Position numbers and translations under genes: made by a program
Assembly (NCBI RefSeq): GCF_006345805.1
Contig: NC_043016.1
Span: forward strand, 20,212,001 to 20,276,000
Direction of reading: 5' to 3'
Origin: Octopus sinensis
Taxonomy: Eukaryota
DNA length: 64,000 bases
Shown: piece by piece, positions 24,559 through 37,129 of the stretch
How positions within the stretch are numbered: position 1 is the first letter of the stretch
Layout: every line of letters starts with the position of its first letter
The notes under the pieces: generated by a model
The model's input: the letters and a program-made list of their open reading frames with translations, nothing else
Database searches by the model: none
What the model was told of the DNA's origin: nothing

Positions 24559-25109
24559 GGTACTGAGACTAGGGAGAAACTAGTCATACAAGCAGTTTGA
24601 TTAGTCTAGAGGGGTAGAGGGTGTGGGGATAGAGGCAAGTTGAAGGGGTTCGGATTTGAAGAATAGACAGGTTGAGAAAAGTGTTTGGGAGACGAGAATC
24701 AATCAAATATAGTAAAATCAGAACATTTATAGGTCAGAGAAACTATACAAATGTAAAGAAAAGAAAATCAGAAATGGGAACAGCTAATATATATAAATAT
24801 ATATCAGTGTTTGAAAGAAAAACTGGTTTACGATGTCCTCAGCTCAGCAAACAAGTGAGAATTAAAAGGGTCAGACAGAGAGAGAGGGAAGAGAAATACC
24901 AAAGTAATAATAACAATAGCAGCCTGTACCTACCTGTGTACTTAGAGAGAGAGAGAGAGTGAAAAAGAGAAAAAATTTTAACACTAGCATGGCCTATTTA
25001 GCAAGAAGATGTATCGGGGAAAAGTATATATTAAAATCAGAACCTTTACAGGACAGAGAAAATATATAGATATAAAGGAAACAAATAATGATAATAATAG
25101 AATTATTAT

Positions 25110-26512
25110 TATTATCATTTGATATGACTCAAGTTCCTGATAGGATTTATGTGGAAAGCACGTTGCTACCTTAAGCATATATAAGTTTTCAAGTGCTTAA
25201 AACCTTCCTGATATTTTTTATCATACCTAATGCACCTACTATGAAGGAATTGTTTCTGTTTTTAGGCTCCACGTTCAAGTTACCTCTACTTCCAGATCTT
25301 TGTATTTTGAAAGTTTTTCCATTTCTTTTAGAGAAACATTGTCATCTGTTGGTATTGATACATCAATTAAAAGGCATCTTTTTTCTTGATGATCTCTGAC
25401 AACTATATACAGCCTATTAGCCTTAATTTCTCTGTCAGTGTGTATTGGCATATCTCAGAGTATGGTTGCTTTCTCGTTTTCTGTGACCTTTTCTGGTGTG
25501 TGCCTATATCATCTTTTTTCTGTTGTCATTTCATAGTATTGGCATTGCTTCCAGGGTATATAGGTCCCAACTCTGTCGTGTCTGTGAATATATTCCTTCT
25601 TAGCTAGGAGTGGGCAGCCAGAGACAATATGATTTATTGTTTCTTCTCCATCTCCACATATTCTGCAGTTACTTGTATTTCTTTTCGTTGCATGTTTTTA
25701 GTAATTTCGGGTGGGATGGCTTTGATCTTGTGCTGCAATTAAAAATCCTTCAGTCTCTGCTTTGAGTCCTGAGCTTCTCAACCATTGTTGGGGTTTTGCT
25801 TTATCTATTTCTTCTGTTTAGCTTAACCTAATATTTCCCATGAAGGGTCTTTTTTTGCCGTCATTTTATCATGATCCATTGCTGTTCCAGTTTTACTTTG
25901 GATTTCAGTTCTTTTACAGCTTTTGTTCTTTCTTCTTTTCATTCATAGTTGTCAGGTACTTTGACTTCTTTTTTGTATTTTTCAGTTTCTTTAAAGACAG
26001 AAAATAGTTTTTTGTTTTGCTTGTGTTTTGTGGTTATTTGTATCAGTTTACTTTGCTTCTGAAGTAGGAATTTCTGTAATCCTATGGTGGTTTTTTTTTT
26101 ACAATAGTTTTCTAGCACCTTCAATACGTTATGTGTATAACCTTTCTATGTCAGATTTTGGATGGTGCATCCTAAATTCTGTCATTATTATAGCTGCAAC
26201 TTATATCTGGGACAGCTAGAGTGTTGATACCTATTATCTTATACTTCGCATTCAGTTCTGTTTCCAGTATTAATCTAACTCATCTATAGTATTCTTTTCT
26301 TATCTTCTCTTTTATTTGTGTGTGTTGTATCGTATCTAGTTCCTTGATTCCTAAGTATTTGTATGTCTGGCTCTAGTCTAATTCTCTTACTTTATTTGCT
26401 TTATCTAGTGTGATGTTGTTACTCTTATCTAGTTTTCCTCTTTTCAAGGCTGCTTTGGCACATTTTTCTAAGCCAAATGTCATGTTTATTTGTATGGTAA
26501 ATCCATTTACTT
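25110..26512 (-). mobile_element. Second R4/Dong-like element (partial RT to RLE), decayed
   Basis: INMTFGLEKCAKAALKRGKL (RT region) plus homology to 2500-3428; both ends lie in (ATT)n. Confidence 0.8.
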
Positions 26513-26760
26513 TATTATTATTATTATTATTATTATTATCATTATTATTATTATCATTGAGTGAGAGAGCAGTGCATGCCATCAAAGTGACACTGGGGTA
26601 CAAATATACGAAGCCCAGTATACCCATCATGACTACCCATCTGACAAAGGTACACCAGACACAAGCATCACAACCATATGTGCGTGACATGGTGATCTCA
26701 TATCAAGATTAACAATGCATGACCTTGCGGGTGGAGCCCAATTAGAATTTTCTTCAGGTT
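26513..26760 (-). mobile_element. Unclassified retroposon 3' end with (AAT)n tail
   Basis: Minus strand ends ..ggcatgcactgctctctcactc(aat)n; non-coding and GC-richer than background. Confidence 0.5.
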
Positions 26761-26927
26761 GGGTATTTTGTATTCCTATTGTATGTGTCTTTATTTGCGT
26801 ATACCCCTACGTGTGTCTATATTTAGTGAGTATGTGTGTGGGGGAGTGCCTGTAGTATTTATATCTCCCTTTTATACACATTAGTGTAATTTGTTTTTGT
26901 TTATTTTGTTCATGTGTTTACACCTAC

Positions 26928-26965
<38 letters not shown>

Positions 26966-27400
26966 TTTTTGGTTGTATTTAATTATTTTTTTGTTAATGT
27001 ATATAGTTATTTACTTACATTTGTTTATTTATCTGTGTATTTTATTATGTTTTTAGTTTTGTTTATATTGTTATCCGTTTATGGGGATCTTATTCTGTCA
27101 TATGCTGTGGTGTGTTGGGTGTGTGTGCTAGTGTTCCATTCCAGTTTCCTATTCAGGTTTAGGTTTATCTTCTATTATGTGTGTAGCTTCCGTAATTTGT
27201 CTAATTGTTGCGTCTGTTCTATGTGTAGACAAGATTTTAACTTCTATGTTGTTGAGTGAGCCCCCGTGTTCCTGCTCGGCATGCTGGTACAGAACCGATG
27301 AGCTCTTTTCTTCCTTAAGTTCTCTCCAATGTTCATTCACCCGCTCTCCTATGATCCGTGCCATTTCCCCTACAGAGTTAAAGAGACAAATGCAACATTT
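26761..27400 (-). mobile_element. Penelope-like GIY-YIG endonuclease C-terminus and 3' region
   Basis: GEMARIIGERVNEHWRELKEEKSSSVLYQHAEQEHGG..DATIRQITEATHIIEDKP; same type as 62649-62920. Confidence 0.75.
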
Positions 27401-27784
27401 CATATCTGAAAGTTTTGGTTTTCTTCCGGAGTTTTGTTTTGACGAGAAGGTTTTCGCTCTTTCTCAAAGGCTGTCATTACTTTCGATAGAGTACTTCTTG
27501 ATACACCAAACATTTTGGCTGTTTTCATTACACTAGCACCTGCCATATGAGCACCAACAATTTGACCTCTTTGAAAGTCCGATAGAGCTGTTATTTTAAT
27601 GAATTTTAATTACCTTTTTTCTGAGGATATCTGAAAAGAAACAGCAATTTTAGCAAAACATATTAAGCAACATTGATAATAAATCAAAAAACATAAAAAT
27701 AAACAAGCTTTTGACAGTTTTATAGATATTTCAAAATTATGGTGCTATGATGTTAGGTGTTTCCATTATTTTGTCCAATCCCTG
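27400..27784 (-). mobile_element. Tc1 transposon left end with transposase N-terminus
   Basis: TA|CAGGGATTGGACAAAATAATGGAAACACC terminus at 27784; AGASVMKTAKMFGVSRSTLSKVMTAFEK..SGRKPKLSD (HTH). Confidence 0.82.
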
Positions 27785-27829
27785 TATATATAAAGAGAGA
27801 GAGAGAGAGTGAGAAAGTATTGGAGATAA

Positions 27830-28330
27830 TAGACCAACGCCCCATAAACATAAGCCCAAATTACCAAATCTTCCCTCTCTATCAATGTACCGGAAACACT
27901 TCAACCCAATTCCGTTTATCTAAGGAAAACATACTCATTAAAAAATATAAACCACAGCTAGAAAGAAGAAAAAACACCAAAGAAAAAAAGGAAAAAAAGA
28001 CTCAATTTCTCCACAAAAAACAACCAAGAACAACAAACAATTTTAAAAACCTTAGTAATAGTCTTCCCCCTAGATTTCGAAACCACAACTCCAAATCACC
28101 ATACAATAACACCATATAAACACCAGTTGCTGACGTCACCTAACCCTAGATCAGTCAAAACCCAACTTCAGCAAATACAACAAAATTAGAATCAACCAAC
28201 CAGAACGACTGATGACCGTTCCCTGCAAGGATGCCAACCAGGCAGAACGACAAAGTTGACCACCCGGAAAAACAAGACATTACCAGTACTTTAATGAATC
28301 AAAAATTAGATCCGCTCGGAAAAAAATTAT
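27830..28330 (+). mobile_element. Penelope-like 3' fragment (EN C-terminus and degenerate pLTR)
   Basis: IFPLYQC..RLSKENILIKKYKPQL resembles the PLE GIY-YIG end; CTGATGA plus a stem at 28209 but no intact GAAA. Confidence 0.55.
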
Positions 28331-28869
28331 AAATACACCAGATTCCAAAACACACCACTACAAGCGAAAGTTCCTACACACGACGGAAAGAGGATCAGAG
28401 AAACTGTAAACCAAATCCCTTTTTTTACTATCTTTATTTCTACCTTGGTTTTTACCCCCTCTTTACTCAGTATGACTGCAACTTTGATGATATTCATTTC
28501 TTGTCGATCACTACTAACACTAATGAGCTTTATACATTCAAACAAATTGATGCACAGTTTTAATATGAACATTTAAACTTGTCAACATCGAAATTTTTGA
28601 ATATGTTTTTCTAATTCATAATTCTGAATTTGTCTGTTATGATCATTTTAATTTGTCAACATTGAAACTTTTAAAGATGTTTTTTTTCCTAATTTATAAT
28701 TCTAAATTTTTACCATTGATAAACAAAAAATATTGTAAATAAATTTATTTGAAACAATTGCAAGTTTTTCAAATTTAGATACATTTTCAACAATAAATTT
28801 GTCTATATATATATATATATCCTCTCTCTCTTTCGGAGAGGCACAAGCACCTACACGCACATATACACA

Positions 28870-29025
28870 CACGGCAGTAACTTCCGCCTGCTGAATTCAA
28901 TCACAAAGCTTCGGTCGGCCTGGGGCTATAGCAGAAGACACTTGCCCAAAGTGCCACACAGTGGGACTGAACCCGAAACCATGTAGTTAGGAAGCAAGCT
29001 CCCTAACCACACAGCCATGCCCGCG
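28870..29025 (-). mobile_element. Family-B SINE 5' part
   Basis: gaagacacttgcccaaagtgccacacagtgggactgaaccc..cacacagccatgcccgcgcc. Confidence 0.8.
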
Positions 29026-29155
29026 CCTACAAAATGTATGCATATATACGCAGCGCTAAGCGTGTGGCAAGCTTTCTACGGCCGGATGCCCTTCCTGATG
29101 CCAACTCCCACCTGTTACCAAGGGAGGTAGTTTTTCCCTCTCTCTCTTTCAGAGA

Positions 29156-29197
<42 letters not shown>

Positions 29198-29439
29198 AGA
29201 TTCCTGGGATATAAAGTGTTGCTGATTTCGGACTTTTTCAGAGTTTGGCATATTTTTAAATTCCCATCTATAAAATGGGTCAGTTTTAGGATGGAACCCA
29301 AGTCTAAACACAAAACCCATTTATATTTTCTAATACAGATTATATACGTACACAGAATGTAGTTTTGTATAAAAGTGTTTTTTTTTTATATACATACTAC
29401 CAATCTGAAAGGTAACATATCAGTCTCCATCTACAATGT

Positions 29440-30345
29440 GGATCTATTCCATCTCAATCACAGATTTTTTAATTAATGTTTTTAACTAAACAGTTTCAAA
29501 CTTCGAATACTGGTAGAATCTGAACGTTTTTGACAAAATTTTGTATTTTAGAAGTTATTTCGTGTTAAAATTGTCGTATTTGGGTAATTTCAACCAATCA
29601 ATGATGTGTATTCAGTTGAAGAAAGCTACTGCTATTTGTGATAGTAATCAAAGAGGAACAACTTCCGGGTCATCTCTACTAAATGCCACCACTCTCTTCT
29701 ATTCGTACAGCAAGCAAAGACGATGTCATCTTTATACTTTCTAGTCAGCACCGCGCATTCCTTACTCTTTCCTTCCCTTCTACATTATCAACTAGCAACC
29801 AGCGAGTGAACTTGTCACTGCCACTACAATTACTGTATTTTCCGGTGTGTAAGCTGCCATTTGTGTTTTGATAATGTTATTTTTTATCTAATAAAGATTT
29901 TATATTGACGAAACGTGTTTGTTGTTGATTATAGTAAGATAAAATCATGACAATAACAATACATCTCGTAGTTGTAAAATAAGGCATTTTGAAACTATAT
30001 ATATACGTCAACAACAAAAATGCTAGCTGCGGAATTGTTGCTCTATGGTGTTGATTCTTCGAACAGAGTGGTGACATTTGGTAGAGATGATCCGAAAGTT
30101 GTTCCTCTTCGATTACTATCACAACAGCAATAACTTTCTTCAACTGAATACACGTTGTTGATTGGTTGAAATTACCCAAATACGACAATTTTAACACAAA
30201 ATAACTTCTAAAATATGAAACTTTGTCAAAAACGTTCAGAGTAAACCGTGTTCTACATAAGAAATTCTACCAGTATTCGCAGTTTCAAATTGTTTAGTTA
30301 AAAAAAAAATAATTTAAAAATCTGTGATTGAGATGGAATAGATCC
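29440..30345. mobile_element. Long-TIR non-autonomous DNA transposon (GGATCT termini)
   Basis: ~260-280-bp TIRs starting ggatctattccatctcaatcacaga; perfect 8-bp TSD tacaatgt (29432-29439 / 30346-30353). A partial internal copy lies at ~33890-33985. Confidence 0.9.
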
Positions 30346-30692
30346 TACAATGTTATGTTTTTGTTAAAAGGTTACAGTACATGTACATCAACTGTATTTT
30401 ATTTCTCGCTATACAGATACTAGATTTTATGAAAGGTATGAAATCAAAACATCGAATGTGATCATGGGCAAATAAAATGAAAATTGAAAAGAGCATTTTA
30501 TTTTGAAAGTAATTCCAATCTCATAAAAAATAACATGATGATTACTGCTGACAAACTTGAAGATAAATTCAGCTCCTGACATTACAGTCACATCCAACTT
30601 GAGAAACTTGAGGGAGACATTATATGATCGATTGCATCACTGTGAGCAAGTTAGTATCTACCAAGAAAGTCCTGTTTTGTCTAACATTAAGA

Positions 30693-31434
30693 TCTCTATA
30701 AATATAAACGGCAAAATGTCTGTGTGTGTGTGTATGTGTGTGTGTCCTTTATACAAATCCACAATTTTTCAGTTACAGGGCTCGCACTTTCTATGGTCAT
30801 TCAAAACTGTCCAAGGGTGGTTGTGAAGATCTTTTCATTTCCCAGTTACCCCTGAAAGCCATTAAAAAAAAAATCGATAAACTGACCCCATATGTTTCAG
30901 GTAACAAAAGTCTTTAACACAAGAGATGCAACTTACTTAATCCAGCAGTTTAATCTAAAGATATTAAACCATAGCAAGGGAAATAACTCTTTAAAACTAT
31001 GCATTTCCCTCCCTTTGTTATGTATCACACCTTAATACTGTACCAGACCAATTTATCCAATTTAGGACTGGAACTGTCCCGGATTTCTGGATTTTCCAGT
31101 TTCCCAGAGAATTTCTAAATGTTTGCTTAAAATCTCTATATCTATAAATGGCAAAATGTCTGTTTTTTGATTGGACAGAGATAATTTTACACCTGACAGT
31201 TGGATGTGCGTGTGCATTTGCAGACAGTCTGTAATGACTATGCGCATTTTTGTGTTTTGCGAAGACGCGTTATCATGTGTTTTGGCCTTCAAATGTGCAA
31301 GCATCTTTGATTTGAGAAGTGCAGGGAATAATTAATGAGTTAGACCAAGTGAATGACAAGAGAGCAGGATTTTCATGAAAGACCAAATATGCTTGACTAG
31401 CACTAGACCCGACAACGTCGGGTCATAGTGCTAG
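30693..31434 (+). mobile_element. Non-autonomous Helitron H1, composite
   Basis: A|TC start, a second internal 5'-like end at ~31135, 3' hairpin gacccgac-aac-gtcgggtc then atagtgCTAG|T. Confidence 0.85.
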
Positions 31435-31646
31435 TTTTCGTATAAAAATAAAACATAGAATTTGATCACAGGTAAATATAATGTAAACTGAAAATGTCAG
31501 CATTATATTTGTAATGAAACAATGACACCAGAATCAATGCAGTGCCATCTGCATCAGTAATAAGGGAATTTTAATTCAGCTATTTCACTATCAGTCATTG
31601 AAACAAACAACTGGAGCATCATTATCCTCTTCAATATCCTCTTCAG

Positions 31647-31734
31647 ATATGCAAAAAAAAAAATTATTTTCAGAGTCCATCAGTAAGCTTGAGTTTACTG
31701 ATGGACTCTGAAAATATATTTTTTTTTTGCATAT
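31647..31734. repeat. 88-bp near-perfect palindrome
   Basis: Perfect 22-bp core tattttcagagtccatcagtaa / ttactgatggactctgaaaata around an 8-nt loop, extended by atatgc(A)n / (T)ngcatat. Confidence 0.93.
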
Positions 31735-32101
31735 GTCAAGAGATATAACATCATCTTGGTGGAACGTTCCCAGCAATTTTCCATTTGAGGATTGTCATGT
31801 CAACATGCAAAATTTCAGATTTTGGAATTTCGGATAAAGGATTTTCAACGTGTACACACACACACACTCACACACATACATGTATATATAAATGTACATA
31901 TATAATACATCAAGAGGCTTCCAAATAGGAAAGCCTTGTGGTAGAAAGAGCAGTAGAAAACTCAAACCACCAATTAAGGATAAATTCTTGAAAGGAATGA
32001 AAATTAATAGCTTTGTGATTGAATTTGGTAGGTGGTAGTTACTGCTGTGTGTGTATGTGTGCGTATAGCTGCTCAGTGCCTCTCCGAAAGAGAGAGAGGG
32101 G

Positions 32102-32145
<44 letters not shown>

Positions 32146-32229
32146 AGATATTTTCAAATTTTTTCCAAGGAAGACATTTATTAATTTCAAAGTGCAAAAC
32201 GAATTTCCTTCACAGTAGGATGCGCTCAC

Positions 32230-32870
32230 TTTAGTGCACTTGTAGTACTCCAGGCATTCCGTGAAGGCCCCATAGAACTACTTTATAGTGAGATGTTCAG
32301 GACACCTCTCAGAGTCTCCGTCATCTTAGAAAATAATTAAAAGTTACAAGGAATAAGGTCTGGACTGTAGGGAGAATGAGGAACAATTTTGATGCCCATC
32401 TCTGTTGAGTAGTTGGTTTCCAGAATGGAATTGTGGACTGGCGCATTATCCTGCTGCAGGTGCTCTGGCTTTTTACAATGAAATCTCTTCCTCAACTCCC
32501 TCAAAACCTCCACAAAGTACACTTTACTGATAAAACTGATCAGAAGGAACCCAATGGATATAGAAGATACCCTTACTGTCGAAAAAGTGGATCGTCTTGA
32601 GCTTACCAGTAGACTTAATTTGCCTTGACTCTTGTGCTAGTGAAAAACAAACGTTTGGGTCATACAAGTTTGGGAATATTTCATAAGTTTCTGCAGCATT
32701 TCTGTCCAGTTTAACGCAAACTTTTATTGCACAGCAGCTTCCACATGCTCCAACTGCTTTCTGCAAACTAATCATTTGTGACAAGCAGTGTTTAGTAAGA
32801 TTTGTTCAAAATGCTGTTACAGCTGCCTCCTTCACTCCGGAACCATAAATTTGGCAGGTTAGCTTATTCT
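32230..32870 (-). mobile_element. Mariner transposase remnant
   Basis: FFDSKGIFYIHWVP, QQDNAPVH and PHSPYSPDLIPCNF motifs; frameshifted. Confidence 0.88.
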
Positions 32871-32873
32871 AGA

Positions 32874-33336
32874 CTAGAACTATGACCCTGCATTGTCGGG
32901 TCTTGTGCTAGTCAAGCATATTTGGTCTTTCATGAAAATCCTGCTCTCTTGTCATTCACTTGGTCTAACTCGTTAATTATTCCCTGCATTTCTCAAATCA
33001 ATAAAACATGCACGTTTGAAAGCCAAAGAGGTGTGATACATAACAAAGGGAGGGAAATGCAGAGTTTTAAAGAGTTATTTCCCTTGCTATGGTTTAATAT
33101 CTGCTGGAGTTACGTCCCTTGTATTAAAGATTTTTGTTAACTGAAACATATGGGGTCTGTTTATCGATTTTTTTTTAATGGCCTTCAGGGGTAACTGGGG
33201 AAATGAAAAGATCTTCACAACCACCCTTGGACGGTTTTGAATGACCATAGAAAGTGCGAGCCCTGTAACTGAAAAATTGTGGATTTGTATAAAGGACACA
33301 CACACACATTAACATTTTGCCGTTTATATATAGAGA
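32874..33336 (-). mobile_element. Non-autonomous Helitron H1, inverted relative to 30693-31434
   Basis: Reverse-complement homology at both termini; A|TC start and CTAG|T end on the minus strand. Confidence 0.85.
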
Positions 33337-33436
33337 TGTATAGTAATGATATATTAAAATTGCAATAATCAAAGACAGTTATAACTTCCTCTCCTAAAAA
33401 AAAAAGTCTCAAAACTTCTGGAATCCACCTTCTATA

Positions 33437-33656
33437 TATTTCTTTACTACCCACAAGGGGCTAAACACAGAGAGGACAAACAAGGGATTAAGTCGATTAC
33501 ATCGACCCCAGTGTGCAACTGGTACTTAATTTATCGACCCCGAAAGGATGAAAGGCAAAGTCGACCTCAGCGGAATTTGAACTCAGAATGTAACGACAGA
33601 CGAAATACGGCCATGCATTTCGCCTGGCGTGCTAACGTTTCTGCCAGCTCGCTACC
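33437..33656 (-). mobile_element. Family-A SINE
   Basis: Reverse complement of the 19981-20211 family. Confidence 0.9.
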
Positions 33657-33989
33657 TTCTGTATACAGAGAGTTCGAGTTAAATTTGGCACGTTGGATTT
33701 GAAATGTTTAATAATAGGTTTTACTGATATATATTTTAAAATATGTATATGTGTACATGATTATATAATCCTGTGTATAAATGTGTCTATCAGTGTACAT
33801 ATGTCTCTATGTATGCTTAAACAGCAACGCAATTCCATGACTTCACTTGTTATGGTCTTTATGAAGTTTATAGTATTACCATGCAACCCAGATAAGGCAT
33901 TTTGAAACTATATATATATACGTCAACAACAAAAATACTAGCTGCGGAATCGTTGCTCTATGGTGTTGATTCTTCAAAGACTCACATAC

Positions 33990-34165
33990 AGCAGTTTTTG
34001 GCCAACCACAACATTCCCCAGGTCCAACGACAACTATATTCCTGAGACCTCGCTGCTCACTATTTCCACCCCAACGCACACACATACACACAAAAGTAGT
34101 TCCTGGGATGCTTCCATCAATGTGGCTTCAGAATGAGACTACTTCTTCAAAGGATTTTAAATGGC
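33990..34165 (+). mobile_element. Internally deleted copy of the mariner fragment at 38925-39170
   Basis: cagtttttggccaaccacaacattcc..ggattttaaatggcaa is shared; ~60 bp missing. Confidence 0.8.
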
Positions 34166-34699
34166 AACGTGTGAGTTTGAGCAGCCGTTTTCGTGTATGT
34201 CATTCAAAAAGGTATTCAAACACGAGAACTGTCAAACATAAGAACATAAAGATGCGAAGTCTGATCTAATAGGTTTGTTGCTTTGGTAGCAGAGCTAAAG
34301 AACACAGTGAAGCCGCTTGGTACAGAATGACCTTGAATCCTGCGGCGTAAGCACACTACATTATGTTCTCACTTCCATTGTTTGTAGCAGTGCTTGGGCG
34401 TAAAATGTGTAGAGTGTTTTTGTCGGACAGAATTGCATGCGTCCGGTGAGTGGCAACTCCACCATAACGATGCAGTTGCTCATTTAACCAGTCGCCCGGG
34501 ATCGAAATTTGCTTAGGTGGTGCGAATTCAGGTCTAAATTTTTTTTATATAAATAAGACCGATCTTTTTCAATCTTAATATCAAAACAAACACATAGTTT
34601 TTATTATTATACATGGAAAAGTAATGCTTCCAATCACTCCAAAAAATTTTCTGTACTTGTTCGTTTTGGCAGTGAAGTTTTACATGAGAATGTCCAAAG

Positions 34700-35440
34700 T
34701 GTTTTTATTGCACATGTTTTGATATACACGCGTCACAGCACAATGTGCCAGACGATGTTGCGTCAGGACTTCAACCAGCAAAGTGTGCTGAACATTCTCT
34801 CACTTGATGCAACAGACACAGGCTTCCAATATGATGACATATTCATCACAAAGCCTGGTCCATAGCGCTTTCAGAAGAATGGTGATTTGGTGAACAAAGT
34901 TCAATGCATCAGTAACCATAACAACCCTAGATCCAATTTCTCGGAGGACAAGCACCAGGGAATGGTTTCCACAGTGTACAAAATATGTACCAGTAAACAT
35001 GTATTTTAATCTCTTTTGTATGTCTGAAATGTTTCTGCTCATGGTACATGTACCCTCAAAGGCAAAGGCAGCGTAATTTTGAACTCAGCTCAATGTTTAG
35101 GCAACAAAAAAACATCCAGAATAACCTTAGCTAGTGTCTCCGAAGTGTAGTCAGAAGAAAATCTTCATGGACATCTTGGTTTCCAGAAACATAATGACAA
35201 TAGTTAATTCTTGTTCCGTGCCTGAGCAATCACATATAATGCCAATAAACATAGAATCTTCAACCTTTTTTTTCTGATCTCATTTAGGGTGTTATGATCA
35301 TATGCCTCTAAGATTTCATTTTGTATGGTATCAGATAGGAAATTAACTCGTTTTTACCACACTCTTCTGCAAGTTCTTTGATGAGATTTACAAAGTTTCC
35401 TGTGATATGTGTTAACTTTTTCTTCAAAAATGGAACTAGT
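34700..35440 (-). mobile_element. hAT transposase remnant (ZMYM1/Tip100-like)
   Basis: GNFVNLIKELA..SDTIQNEILE..FIGIICD..GTEQ..HEDFL..ETLAKVILD..YFVHCGNHSL match hAT catalytic-region motifs. Confidence 0.75.
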
Positions 35441-36384
35441 AACTTCTTTTACTAAGGTTATTCCTTGATCCTTCAAAAACAGAACAGTGAACTGCTATTA
35501 TCTTTTACTAAGGATTTCCTTAACTCTCTGATCATGAAAGTGCTAACCACTATTATCTTACCCTAAGTATGTTCTGTAATTCTTCAATGAACTGGTAACA
35601 ATTAATATCCTTTATTAAAGATATTCCTGAATTCTTTCTCTCCAAAGACGGTATAGTTGACTTGCATGAAAATCTTTGTTCAATGACATATGATCCACAT
35701 GCTCAGCTATTCTAGAAACAACTGTAATAAAATTTAACTATTATTTCTTAATCCCTTATATACTATAACCACTCTGCAATTATGTTTGAATTACAAATTA
35801 CATGTTCTAAAGTGGCACCACATGTTTTACTTGTTCATCTCTCTTTCTAATATATATCTACCAGATCAATGATGAACCACTTATAGACATCTTTGATAGA
35901 CAGCTTCAACAACACCTCTGTTTCAACTGCTGTTCAAGCAGGAATTTTAGTGGTAAATGAACTTGAGCACTTATAGTACAGACCTATTACGTTATGTCAT
36001 TAGATGAAGTTTTTTTTAAATATATATACTTGTGTGTATGTGGATATATATATAGGACTGCGGAGAAGGACTATGGCTGCACAGTAGATTTTGAAAAAGT
36101 TAGAACATATAAACACAGGGCAAGTAGCTTTGATCATCCCGTGTATATACGTTTAACCCTAGGTGGTCCTGCTGAAGAAAATTGCACCTAGTGAGTTCCT
36201 TGACTCACTAAAGTAAAATCAGAAACCAATTGGAAACTAGATGGTAAAATGTTTTTTTCATTTTTCAATTCGTTCCTGTTGAATTTTATCCCTAATTTTT
36301 GTGGTTATAGAACCTAGCTGCTCTTTCCAGCATGTTGAATTCCTATAAGTGGATTCCTTATGTGTTTAAATATACACTATATCG

Positions 36385-36444
<60 letters not shown>

Positions 36445-36692
36445 CAACACAACGCGCACGCGCGTGCAATGGGCTTCATTTCTGTCTATCAAATCTACTG
36501 ACAAGACAGAGACTAGGATAATTAAAGTCTCTTGCTAAAAGTACATTGACCTATGGGCTGGCCTCATTTGTGATTTGACTTACGTGCGACAAAACATCTT
36601 TTGTGATCTCCATGGTTTGCTGCATCAGGAAGACTGTAGGTAATGCCTATGATCAAATTGAGGTCAATCACATGTATTATTAGCGTATAATA

Positions 36693-36903
36693 CACTCTTA
36701 TACTCTTATACTCTTATACTTGTTTCAGTCATTTGACTGCAGCCATGCTGGAGCACCGCCTTTAGACGAGCAAATCGACCCCGGGACTTATTCTTTGTAA
36801 GGCCAGTACTTATTCTATCGGTCTCTTTTGCCAAACCGCTAAGTTACGGAGACATAAACACACCAGCATTGGTTGTCAAGCAATGCTAGGGGGACAAACA
36901 CAG

Positions 36904-36938
<35 letters not shown>

Positions 36939-37109
36939 CATATATACGACGGGCTTCTTTCAGTTTCCGTCTACCAAATTCACTCACAAGGCATTGGTCG
37001 GCCTGGGGCTATAGCAGAAGACACTTGCCCAAGATGCCACGCAGTGGGACTGAACCTGGAACCATGTGGGTGGTTAGCAAGCTACTTACCACACAGCCAC
37101 TCCTGTGCC
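36693..37109 (-). mobile_element. Family-B SINE, full length
   Basis: Matches 16711-17131. Confidence 0.92.
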
Positions 37110-37129
37110 AACACTGTGTTGGAGTGAGA

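Noticed and set aside
28209-28260. Hammerhead-like CTGATGA with a stem
   Set aside because: The required GAAA after stem II is replaced by ACAAA and no stem I/III closure was found; at most a decayed ribozyme.
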